A stretch of DNA of 64,000 nt from Phallusia mammillata (taxonomy: Eukaryota): the NCBI GenBank assembly GCA_965637545.1, contig OZ281500.1, positions 22,320,001 to 22,384,000 on the forward strand, read 5' to 3'. The notes beneath the pieces were generated by a model, which was not told the origin of the DNA, did not search any database, and was given only the letters and a program-made list of their open reading frames with translations. The translations under genes were made by a program, and so were the position numbers. Below, piece by piece: positions 1 through 12,800 of this stretch (position 1 is the first letter of the stretch; each line of letters opens with the position of its first letter).

Positions 1-296
1 ACTACTGTAGTTGGTTACTTAGTGCCTCTTTTTTGCACCAATGCGCATACTTAATATTTTTTTACACAAATCCAGTGGTTGACTATGTCAGGTTGTATAT
101 TTCGATATTTAACACTAGTAAAAAAAGCAGTGTCCGTCAACAAAAATAAAAAATATTTTTCTTCACCATGCCTAAGGGCTAAAAATTCCATTGAAAAACT
201 GCCAATCCAGCAAAATTCAAATGACTTATATACTTTACACTCTTTTAAAAAGGTAATAGCAATTGCACATAGCAAAGTAATTTCAATATTGCACAG

Positions 297-374
297 AATC
301 TAGAAAAGGCGATTGCACTTGATCCCAGTTTGGAGGCAGCAAAACAAGAACTTGTGGCAATGAGAAACAAGTGA
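297..374 (+). CDS. Terminal exon of a TPR-repeat protein whose gene starts upstream of the window; possibly TTC32-like
   Basis: Acceptor ttgcacAG at 295-296, then NLEKAIALDPSLEAAKQELVAMRNK*. The pattern A-x-x-L-D-P followed by a capping helix is typical of a final TPR. Only 25 codons are visible, so orthology is uncertain. Confidence 0.55.
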   Translation, partial: NLEKAIALDPSLEAAKQELVAMRNK

Positions 375-961
375 AATTCAGCAACAGAAGGCCCTGCACA
401 TTGCACACATCAAAGAGAAGCTGGGTTAAGCGATGAAACAAGAGTGGAAAAACATTGAACATGCATTGGTTACTCAAATGCGTAAAAAAATCATGTAAAA
501 ATGGCATGTGATGCTTATAGATAATTCTGTCAACAATCAGGATCTAGCTAAAGTTCTGTTTTAATTTTTGTTAAATCCACTTTTTGCAATTTCTGTGGTC
601 GATTGGATGTTTTGTTTCAACAGTGCCAGAATAATAAAATTTATGGATATTTTCCAATGTTTAAATTGCATTCAAATGTCATGAATGAAGTATATATATT
701 TATGAAAAAATGACCAACAATTAATATTAAACTAATCATGTATTCTTGTTTAAGAAAAAAAATATTTATTTTTGTAACTTTACTTTTGACAATAAATCAT
801 AATCATCAAGGCAATTATGCATTGGTGTACATACTTTCAATTGACGAATTACATCAAAAGTGATTTTCACAGTGACATAAAATTGCACGAATTCAAAACT
901 AACACTTGCATTAATTTATAAATCCTCGAACCCGAATAAAGATGTTATGTGTTGCTTTAGG

Positions 962-1690
962 TTATTTGTTGTCCCATTCCAATTGCATTTGATCATTTTC
1001 TGAAGTCATGTTTCCTACAACCAGATCAAATTCACGATTTAACTTTTCTTTTTCCTTTTCTGATTGTATTTTCATAACTTCAAGTTGTATGCGAAATGTG
1101 TGACTGTGTTGCATCTGCAATTGAAACATTATGAATATCAAAGATTTTTGCTATGAATTACAGAAATAAAAAAATCATAAAGCAAACTTACTTCATTTGT
1201 TTCTGCTTCTTCTGTCTCCAATATCTTTTCACACATTTGCAAGCAGACAAAAGCTAAAACAAAAGACATTGTTTTTTTGTGAGGTAATAAATTTGCTACT
1301 ACAATCATGTAATTTTCAGACACTTCGGTCCATCAGGTTTACACATTATAAGTTAATAATTGAAACATGAATTATGTACATCAGTAAATAATAATTTATA
1401 TTTTTGTTGTTGTCTTGGTGCATTCAGTACCACTGCCTCATAACCTGAAAGTAAAAGCATCATATACCATAAAGAAACTTTGTACCTTTCGCTTGAACCT
1501 GTACTAGATGGTCAGAGACAAGTTTTTCTGATGTTGGTAACGTTTGGAAAGCCAAATGTGTTGTACTTTTGGACATTGCGTTCAAAATTTCTTCATCTTT
1601 TTTTAGTCGTTTGTCAAACGAATTTATCATCAGGTTTACCTCCCCCGATACTACAGGTCTGTGGTTAAACAACCTTCCAACTATTTCCAT
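962..1690 (-). CDS. BLOC1S5: Biogenesis of lysosome-related organelles complex 1 subunit 5 (Muted), ~139 aa, 3 exons
   Basis: Exons 1690-1486, 1253-1192 and 1114-962, all GT-AG with compatible phases (1, 0). The N-terminus MEIVGRLFNHRPVVSGEVNLMINSFDKR resembles the recalled Muted motif EIHSRLLDHRPVIQGE..F...F..KR. The C-terminus is coiled-coil-like. Confidence 0.8.
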
Positions 1691-1788
1691 TGCTTATCAA
1701 TTACATAACTTATATTACAGAAATAGATTTAGCAAATAATTCGGTGTTAGCAAATTCTGTTTACAAATGCACGGTCTGGTGCTGCCAG

Positions 1789-1811
1789 GTCATGCGTGAC
1801 GAATCACGTGC
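1789..1811. promoter_or_regulatory. E-box/CLEAR-like motif pair in the BLOC1S5 proximal promoter
   Basis: GTCATGCGTGAC (1789-1800) and TCACGTG (1804-1810), about 100 bp upstream of the ATG at 1690. Confidence 0.35.
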
Positions 1812-3864
1812 TAAGAGTAATTTTTTTATCAAAACGACTGCATTTTGGCTGGTTCCCTTTTAGATAAAAAAAATCATTTCATTATTTTATTTCATCAAAC
1901 AGTTTCAGTGTTATTTTTATAGATATTTGCAGGGAGAAACTGCACAATTAAAATTAAATTTGGCCGCATTATGTCGCTATTGAGCTTCTAAACACATTGT
2001 TACCGCATAATGGAACAGGCCGTCAACAGTTTTGCTCGAAAAAGGTTCTGCTGTGATTGTGTACAGAGGTTTTGTCATAAGTACCGCGCGAAATTTGAGC
2101 AGTTGTGCGTTTACCTGTTACATTGCTGATAAATTAATATTAATCCTGGTGTAGACATGTAGAGAAAGATGAAAGATAAGTTGATTTGGAAAAAATCAAT
2201 GCAGTTTTAGGCTGACAAAACGATTTAACCTATTACTTTCGAATCTTAAGATAAGGACGGACTATGTTTGAGGTATTTAAAAAAAATGATAGTCAATAAG
2301 CAAATTAGTTCATGTTCAGCATGCTTGAGCAAAAAGGTTTATCGTTTAGCTAGTTCTGTACTTTTGTATGGGTCTGTTAAAGGACATCTACTCAATAGAT
2401 CTATTTCTGCCGCAATGTTAGTCTTCATTTCCCGCTGAGTACTTAACTGAACCTGGGGACTTCAAAGCGAAATATGGTTAAAATACTACGAAGTTATAAT
2501 TTTGACTTCCATATTTTAGTTTGTTATAACAATTTAGTAGTTTGGCCACAACAAAATGTGAACATATAACTATATGTTTACCTTTTAATGTATTACTGTG
2601 TAATGCTAATGTGCTTAGTAACTAAGTAACATGCGCGGAAATCTACAATAGTTGTTTATCTTGGTGCTTAAGTTGATTGGGAAGTCATGCTTTGCTGTCT
2701 AGAGACAAATCTTGTCCACAAACAGTTAATCAAGCAGAGGTACCTCACGTCGTAATTACTTTTTGTTCGATGCCGCGCTTACTACACTCCAGACGTATCC
2801 GCCTCTCGCCTGTATAAAACCAGAAACTGTGGCATGCACGGTTTTAAACTACTGGTCAAGTCTAGTAAGACTCACAACAGAACTAGTCCATTCATTTCAA
2901 TGTAGAGAATGGTATCAGAAAAACCTCATTATGAAGGCGTTTGTGCATGTTGTTTACATAACAATCGCCGGTTGTGACAAAACAATGCATGTTTGAGGAG
3001 TATAGTTGGTAATGAAATGGAACATTTGAACACCTTGTTGTATGTAGCAGATTGGTGACTTTTAGGACAAATTGATGTTTCTGGCGTGCTAATTTAGACT
3101 GTGCAAGTAGCTTCGAGGCGACAGGCCGTCCCAGAAGCATTGATTGTAGTTGCGACGTAAAATCAATTCAGCACCTTCGGTTAGCCTTGGTTAGCAGTCA
3201 ACATGCTTGGTCTTAAAAAGGTCACAGAAATAGGAAATGCCCCATTAAGGTCAATTTAACTTCTGCGCTTGAAAAGGTTGAGTTTGTAATCGATTTTTAT
3301 CAAAAAAAATTCCATTTTTTGCCACTTGGAAAAAGCACATTTTAACTGAAAGAACAACTGTTTTGTTGGAACAGTTTTTAAAAGTCTTGTTTAAACTAGA
3401 TGAGATGTTATATAAAGCTTATGTTCAAATTTATGAGTTAAAATAATAACCTGATATTAAACAAAAACAGTCTTCACTATTAAGTCTAAACATAAAAGCA
3501 TAGTTTTATACAACCCGATTTTTGTTTAGGAGCAAAATTTTTGTGTGTGTAGACTTTAATGAATGAGTGAAGTCTAACCAGATATGAATCGTTTATAAAA
3601 CACAATTTCCTCATTGAGTTTGTAACATAAGCCGACCGGCTGAAGCTCAAGTGTGCGATTTGACTAATTATATGTACCTCTTGTATCACATAATTAAAGG
3701 TTTAGGCGTATGTAAGCCGTTTTTGCTTGGAAGTGCAAAGCCATACCGCCGACTTTAAGCTTTTGTGATTCGGATTTGATTCCACTTGAAAGCTGTGAAA
3801 GACAGTCTGTAATGCTTCGTGGATAGCCCATCTTCATTGTCCACTGGTTACTACATCACAAGGC

Positions 3865-6800
3865 ATGAAGGGGTCCATTTCGACTGGTGCTGTTTGCGCC
3901 ACAGTTGCAGCACTGGTCTACAGTAATACCTTCAATGCGGAATTCGTATACGACGACAAGTAAGGATATTTCGTTTTGTTACATGTCCAAACTTACGTAT
4001 TGTAGTGTTTTAGATGCTGTCGGTTTGTTTAACTTAGGGTGGATTTACAGAAATTGTTTGATACATTACGTTTAGATCTTGCAGTACTTTATGTCTAATG
4101 TCGCCGATAAAACGTTTTATCACTCCATTATAGTTCATTTGTATGCTGTCAGTTTGCTTGCAATTGTATTAAACAGTAAAAACACAGAATCCAAAGGCTT
4201 TTCTTCGATACTTTCGGTAGTTTTTACATTTTTTTTGGAAAAGGAAATTTTAGGGCTGAATTTCGTTCAAAACTCAATACTTTTAATATAACAATATAAA
4301 ACGGTAAAACGATATTTAAGATTCTACCAAAATCATCAACACAAAATTACCATTCTCTCACACAAGATATGACGTAATAATTAGCAGTTGTCACGTGTCA
4401 AGCCGAGGTGCCAGATGGTGGTTGCATGGGACTTTTGGATAATGGGCACTTATAAAAGCGGATTAGTTCATTCCGAACACTTAATTGTTTTTTCTCATTC
4501 TTTGTCTTGTCTCTATAACTCAAGTCTAAAATTAAAGTGGTTATCCTAAAGGCATGTTTCGCATTTTGAAACTATCTATTTACGCCTCCTGCGGGTTGAG
4601 TTAACTTAAAATATTGCAAATATGCAAAGTCTAAAGTAAACCAACTTCGTCAAGCAGGTCGATGTGTAATAAGGATAAAATAATAAATGAAATGTTAAAC
4701 ATAGCGGCAAAAAAACTAGATGAAACCATGTTGATACTGAACCCATGCCATTCCCAAACAAACACTAACCTCAACCCCAAAGAATTTTTCAATTCAGTCG
4801 CATGTTGTTACTTTGTAGCATCAAAGTAGCTTGCGACACAAACCGTTTGCATTATCCATTTAGACACCTTTGATTTACTTCAGTGAAAGTTACGAATCTT
4901 TTTAATTGGGCGCCATTTATCCAGCAAAGTTCTAACGTCGCAAGGCGGACCTGTGGTGTCAAATGTCAGAGTTATAATGTTACAAGGACGAGAAAGATCC
5001 CTTGTCAAGCCGATACGCTCGTGTTGATGTGACTACTGGAGCGTATCATGTTACAGGCGGCAGTGTCCGTTACTATATCGGACTTTCTAGCGATTGTGAA
5101 TTTGCGAAATTACTGTAGCTGCCTATATTGATCCGGTCATATCACTATGAGGGATCATGTCCGCTAAGTCGATAGTTTCGTAACTTACAGCGCATTTCAT
5201 TTTTTCATGACAAACATTCCAAATCGTGGGAATTTTGCTTCGAGTAGATGCCGAAATGTGGTAAATGTTTCCTTCTTTGAATACATACGTATGGACAATT
5301 GAGGAAATACTAATACATGCTAAGCCTCAGATGTGACTTAAAAAAAATCGGGGCTACATGCTATGTTTAAAATAACATAATATCATGTCACATGTTAGTG
5401 CAGATTTGACATGAATAAATTTGAAGCAAATACAATGTGCAGATCTAAAATTACTTTATAGCCAATTTTAAAGAAGTCAGGCATATGAACTTGATGCCTA
5501 AAGGCAAAAAACACGCTTCAAAAGTACACGTCTATGTAACTGACAATTATCCATTTTGGCGCAAAAAAGACGTAAGAAACATTCTCTATGCAACCTAATT
5601 GCTCGTTGCTGTCAAGCCGCAACACGAAACACACGTAATTGCCTTGGTCCTGGCATATGCCCCCCTCTGCACTGTTACAGGTCATGTATCCAGGCTGTAG
5701 CAGTTCAAACCACGCGTATAGGCTGGGGTTATGAGTTCAAAACTCTCCGCAGACTAGATTTTCAGCGTGGGGCAGCCTTCATTGATTCAAAATTGTTTCT
5801 GACAGGTTCCAGACCCGCAAAAACGACCAGTGAGAGTTTTATGGTTGGATATAAACCCAAACCTCTTGAAGCAGACTAGACTTTTAGTGATTTTGTCTGC
5901 GGGGTGAACCTGTATCGCTTTTCTCTGACATTCACCAGGCCTCAGCGTTTCAAAATTGCGGTTCTGAGGTCTTTTTGGCCGGCCTGGCAAGTCACAGACA
6001 CTGCTTATTATACAACAATAAATACTGTATGTGTTTAGTTGTCTAACAACCCATATTCACAGCGAAAATGCGTCCGATGTTTTGCAAGAGTAACGGCTTT
6101 CGTTTATCCTTTCAAACGATAAAACCTCTGTAAAAAATGATTAAAATAACTACAAAATAGCATATTAATACCATTAAATTAATGTTTGTGTTACTAAAGT
6201 TGTTTAAAATGTTTTTAATTCTTTAGTTGTCTTATTCAAATAGAATCTAATTTGAAATAAATTACGTTTTTGACGGCCTACCAAAATTATCGATTTGCTT
6301 TTGCTTAGTTTTTTGGTCAACCGAATTACAACGGTTATCCCTTGAGATAACAATGCCAATATATCGTCACTATTCCTCTGGGCAAGACAATATTTGTGAC
6401 CAATATTCGCTTGGTGAATAGCCAATTGATCTTCTATCGAGTTGTTTCACTGTAACATGTTACGTGGGTATTGCGGTTAGCTTTGCGTCCCATGGGTGTT
6501 GTTTCTTTTTTTCCTTTGAGGATTGGTGAATATTCAGACTGCTTCTCATAATTGGTAGAAAACATTTGAAACCATGTTTCTCTCCCACTAGAACGCGAAA
6601 AATATTGTGTATTGCTGAGTTTTAAAAGCTTTGGTCGAAACTTTTATAAGTTTTAGGCCAGGGGTGGGCAACCTTTGTCGCTGTGGGGCCAAATACAATT
6701 GCTATGATTAGATCGCGGGCCGCACCTTTATAACACAAGGTGATTTTACTTCGTTGCATACCAAAAATGCCCTACTACAAGTAAAATTCGCATTTGTTTC

Positions 6801-9800
6801 TAGCAGCATATTGTCAGGTCGCCGAAAAATAGCACCGAACGCACTATAATCTGCTCAAAAAATATTATAATTGGACTCGTTTGCCGGGACATTTGAAATC
6901 CAAGCGTCTCTGCGGGCCGCACAACCTTTAATCAAGGGCCGCATATGACCCGCGGGCCGCAGGTTGCCCACCCCTGTTTTAGGCATATGTATTTTTTTCA
7001 GGAACTTTTTGCTTTGGGTAACTGTAACTGTGATGCTAACAGACCAGACTCAATTTCAAGTGGTATTCTATTAAACACCAACGCGATGTCATAAACCAAA
7101 ATAAAAACCGCGATAGAAAGAAGGTTTTTGGTGCCGTGAATTGTGTTCCAATGTTTCGCCATTTTGCAACTAGAAAGTTTTTGTCCACCTTTAGTAATTT
7201 ATCGTTTACAGTAAAATTTAAAAATTGGCCCTTGAGCAGCCTCTAAGTCCTCATATATACTGGTTTAGTCCTCTTGAATGAAATACGGTACTGATATTAA
7301 AACTAGTGATGCACCGAACCCGCCTAAAAAGGTTCGGGCCGAAACCGAATATTCGGCCATGAGGCCGAATAATTTCGGCCGAATCAGGCCGAACCTAAAA
7401 TCCCCGTTTTTTGGATGGTTTCAACTGAACCTTGTGTTGTTGATGCGAATGAACTCAATTTTGACAAACTAAAATCACTTTCACACTGGGTAAACTTTGC
7501 TAAACATCTAATATTTTGCAGACAACGTGGCTGGTATTTCATAGATACAACAAATAGATAATTTATCATGTTTCGTATGGGCGTAAATGAAATTAAAGGC
7601 CTTAATTCAATGCAATAAAAAAGTTCGGTTTCGGCCGAATTTTCAAAAAAGTTCGGGCCGAAACCGAAACATTGGAAAACAGCGGATTCGGCCGAAATGT
7701 TTCGGCCAACCGAAACTTCGGTGCATCACTAATTAAAACATAAGTATCGCATTAACTAATCCTCTCAAAATCGCCACATGTTTCTATATCCTATAATCTT
7801 TTCCAATGCGATTATCTTTTTTCACGATTTGTCCACATCTGCAAAGATCTACTTTTGCCGCTATACTTGATCTCAGTAAATTTGTGGACTTGATTTCATT
7901 CAAGTTTAGTGGTTTGGACAATAAAAAAGCAGAATTTTTTGAAATTGTTGTTTTGTCGATTTTTTGTTTAAAGCAATGAAAAATTTAAAATACGGTTCTG
8001 GACGTTTGCTATATTGTCTAATTTTGACTACCACGAAAACGACCATGCTATTGAATGCACTACATTTTCAAAAACCCTGTCGGATTTAATGTTCTAGATT
8101 AAACAAGTGTAATTTTGTTTCTTGTCTAAACTCTAATGGCTTTATTCCATGGCACTTTGGTCCGGCGCACCACAAAGCGCAACGTCATTTATTGCAGACC
8201 AGGGAGTAATTTAGGGAGCACGTTTAGCAGTGGAGTCATTAAAAATTCATGCCAAGTCAACTTAAAGCCACTCAATCTTAAACGAATTTTCGACTTCCGC
8301 AATCAATGCACAGATATGCATTGCGTGGTTCACAATCACAACGCATATTTTCTCAACCGTTATCTTTAAGCGCCATATATTGTGGTAAATATTAGGCCAA
8401 AAGTGTTATCTCTATATCAGAGACTTTGTATTGAAATTGGCTAACCCAGTTGAATAGTCCAATTTCTTTTTGAGGCCGATAATCTGGCAGCATTTTTTGC
8501 CCCTTCGTTGTTTTGGATATTTCACAATCGACAAATCAAAATTGAACAGTTTACAGTACTACAATACCCCCGTTGTGTAGTATGTTTAACAGGGCTTCTT
8601 TGAAAGCGTAAGCTACATTGGTGCAGTCGGTCAATTTGGGATGTGAAATTTAGGAAGGTTTGGTGTGTTTTGTAAAGGTTAATTAAGAGCTTCTAATCTC
8701 CAAAGTAAACCAAGTTGGTAGGGCATTGACATTTTCATTTTAAAAAAACAGTCATTAACATTTAGGGTTAGGTTTCTAATAGCTAATTTGGCATTTTCTT
8801 TGCCGCTCGGTGGTAGGAAAGTCTAGTAATAAGTTTGCATAACCTCCCATGCTCCTATAATAACACAGTCTTCCGAAATACTAGGTTATTTTAGTGCCGC
8901 TTAAATAGCTTGGATATTTGTGTAATGACGTTTTTTGGAACTTGTGCACCAGTACGTTTATTAAGCCAGCTATTTTGTTCGTATTTTACTTTCTTGTACA
9001 TGAAGTAAGTTAAAATTCTCGTTAAATATTTTGTGAAAATACCATCCTCGCCTATTATGTATTTGTTTTATAAATGAGGTAAATGGCTAGTGTGTATAAT
9101 TATAATACGTTGTTTGCCCCAAAAATTGCATTGTTTTATTTTTTTGCTGGTTAATGTTTAAAACATTGCCGTTTAATAGTCCACTGTGATTTAACGTGGG
9201 AAAGAGTTTTCACGTATATTTTTGGGCTTAAGGACGTGTATGACTTTTCTTTTAAGTTTAAAATTTAAATGAAATGAAACGTTTGTGTCTCAAACCGGAC
9301 ATTTAACAGTTCATTTGCGTCAAAGCGAATCCCTTGGGGGTGTGAGGAACATTTTTCAATGCGGGGAAAATCAATTGCCCCAATTTACCCATCCTGCGGG
9401 CATTGTGACGCCCAACAGGTCAATTGTAACGCAACAAGGCGTAACAGTGACGGAAACATCCCGTTATAACTAAAACCTTGTCACGGCAAAAATGTGAAAC
9501 GACCCCTTTGGCCCGCCATATTTTTATTCAATTTACTCTCTCTTGAATAGTGGGTAAATTGAATTTCTAAATCCGCTTGGTATTACATCAAGGGGTAGGG
9601 GGTAACAATTTTCCACGGTAGCTTTTATAGCTGCACTGTCGCCTTGAAATTGTGGGAATAATGAAGTAAAAACTGCCACAAATATGAGGACCCAAGCCTG
9701 CTGAACTGAAGCCACCAATTTCACTGAACCAACAGCCACGTTTGGCCATTTAAAGTCTTACCGGCTTTTTGATTTGACTTTAAAAGATTACAGTTGCAGT

Positions 9801-12800
9801 ATACTTTGCATCGTTTTGTAGCGGCAGTTTTGTGTACCATTGAAATTGTTAATGGAAATCTTTGATTTTGGAAAAGAAAACAAGATTAAAATTTCCTACA
9901 TGGGTTTAAAACACGATTGCAACAAGAATACATTTTACTTAAGTTTTAAACAAAGCGCTTTTCAACAGAGCCAGAGTTATAAGGGGTTGCCTAACCCTAA
10001 AGTATAAGTTTAAAACCCGGCCCGAACCCGATTTAAAAAAAAGTATAATCCGTATTAGGTTCAAACGTTAGACTTAAAAAGGTAAAGTTACGACACAGAC
10101 GTTGTCCAATGTGAAATCATACCCAAATCAGGCCCGTTTTAAGTCCGAACCCGACGCAAAAAGCCTTACAACTCTAAACAGAGCCATTTATTTTCTGCAC
10201 AAATGTATCATTTTTTCAGTCGTGACTTTTAATGGTTTTTTGGCATCGAAACCGAACAAAACAAACCATGGCCTTGTGGATGTCCCTTCAAAGTGTCGGT
10301 GTTGCAAATACTTGCGACCCGTGTCGTGTTTTACTTGTAACTCGCATCACTGAAGTGGTAGGGGTGTTGCTTTATGCCTCGCCTCACTCACGTAGCAAAA
10401 GCTTGTACATCAGCTCTCGCTGTTTCCTCACGTACAACTTAACCTTGTGTATACACTGCAGTGCACTTAAAAATTTTAAAATTTTAAAAGTAGGCCCTTC
10501 CCTATTTTACCCTAAGACGTGTTTTGCGTTTGCACAATTAGCAAATTTATCCTTAGCTTGTTGGCACTGGTTCTTTTGCCAGCTTAAAGTTGTTTAATGC
10601 AATATTTTATTGCTTGACATTATACTAAACATATAGGCTTAAGTAGTATTACACATGTACAAGCTTAGATTAATTATTGCACTTACACAATGTGGCCCCA
10701 TAGCCTCCCTTTTAAAGGGCGGGTTTGATTTTACTTGCCACAGTAAGCTGAACAACGCACCACCCCTTCCAACAACACCCCCTTACATTTTATTGGACTT
10801 AGTTGGTTAGAAATGAACAACTAATTGTGTTTCGATCTATAACACAGATGAGGCAAAAGGCCGTCGATTAATTAGATCAGCAGTTTCGCTCTGGTGGCTG
10901 AAATAATGGCGTATAGCATGTTGGGGAGAAAGTCTATGTTGTTGCCAAAATCGCTTTTCGAATGTGTATGTTACGATTCTCTTTCGTTTCCAAGGGTTTA
11001 GAACTGTTCTGTTTATGTGATTAACTACAGAAAGAGTGTCTCGCTTACCCTACTACTTATTAATACAAAGTTACATTTACTAATTAGGAATTGTATTTCT
11101 TCACACTGTCGCTAAAATGTTGTAAAGTAAAATTTCTGTGTTCAAATTGCCTACTGGAATCAAGAGTTTGATAATTTTGGCCATGACTCGCAAAAAACTC
11201 AAAAAAATAACAAAGACATGGCCAATGACAGTGTAAGTGATGCTTACGGCCGTTATCGCCAATTCCGGGCTCAAATAATAAACATTCAATCATCAATACA
11301 AAAGTTTATTTTTTTAACAAACGTTGGCATTCGGTCTAGCCAAACATAGTTAGTGATATTTAGTGCTGTTAGAAAGTCTACAAATCACTTCTCATCCATC
11401 TTATTCGACAAGTGTTCAGACCATTGTTTTCCCAGTTAATGCATTTAGCTTTAAATCCAGAAAAAAATTGTCAGTTGCCAAAAACCTCCCCAAATTCTTG
11501 CAGCTGTGCCCTAAAAGATAACGACACCCATAAATCACCCTTGATGGGTTTTCAACGAAACCCGTTAGCGCACAGACATTAGGGGGTCTCATAAAAGCCC
11601 ACTTTTACCCACGCGGCCCCACTGAAGCCCCACGACTTGGGGTTGTTTGTTTTGTCACGGCGAGCTCCCTTTACCAGTCGGGGTGGGTTACTGATAGTGT
11701 GCAACGATGCATGACCATCATTCGACGTCCAATTGAGCCACACATCCGTCAAATTGTGAAACTACTTGGCGATAATTGATGTCAATTTTTGCCTCTCAAT
11801 CAAAAAGGTGGTGCACACCCCAAAAGGTTTTTTGGGCCAGTTTTAGCCTTAACAAAGCAATAGCCCATGTATTGAATGAAATAGCATTTTTTCGAGGCTG
11901 TGAAAAAAACAGGAATTTGTGTGGGCATTTATAGTAAAATTGTGTCGAAAACTCGTTGGTATTTTGTTGTTTAGTGTATTGTCGACACCCTTTAAAACGT
12001 TTGACTAAAAATAAGGTCCCTAAAAGCATAAAGCATGTTCTTTTTTCAACTAAGGATGTTGGTTTTGTCTTGGATCAAAATGTTTTTCCTTCACATTCCA
12101 CAACCTAGATACCCAATTTCTTTTACATCGCTTTTTCAACCCTATTTCCAAACTTCTCAAGAACAGCAATCATATCTTTGTGCACTCAAGCCCCATTGGA
12201 AGACCACTCAGCTCGAAACGAGCACCACTCAGCCGCACGTAGGACCACTCACTCAACGCAATAAGGCACTCATATCATAACTCAAACCGTCTGAGTGTTT
12301 TTACAGGCTCCAAGCACAGTTCGTCTTTTTGGTGATTAAATCAACACGGCGCCACCAGCTCGATTCGCCCGATGAAAATGCTGTTGAAAACTATATCTAG
12401 GGCGTCTTGTGTGTACAAAGGCTTCTGGGGCATTCAAATAAACTTTGCGATAATTGTGCTGCATCCTATAGTTTCGCATTTTTCCAGCTTTATGTAATTA
12501 ATTTGTATCTAGAAAATCATTCATTTTGCAATAGCAATTTGCATCTTTAATAAACTATTCCATGTAGGGGACAAGTATTTGTAGGCATTTTTGCCGTATA
12601 ACGCGTTTTTGTTGCGTTGTTTTGTTGCAAAAAGTGGTTCAAACTTCTTAAAGTGGTTACTTAAGGTTGTGTATTGTAAAGCTTGACCCCGGCTGACTTT
12701 TTCCCAACCGGTTAAATTTTTAGTTTGTAAAGTTTGGCCCCGGGTGACTTTTTAGTTTGACCCCGGCAGCATTTTACCAACAGGTTGGCTATATTTTGTA

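Noticed and set aside
4990-5157. RNase MRP/P RNA (GAAAGATCCC...GGGATCA, GTTAC..GGCAGTG)
   Set aside because: The CR-I motif should be GAAAGUC with a bulged U, the spacing between motifs is wrong, and there is no P2 partner strand.
11101-11289. Hydrophobic 62-aa ORF on the minus strand
   Set aside because: No splice context or recognisable family; consistent with a chance ORF in AT-rich DNA.
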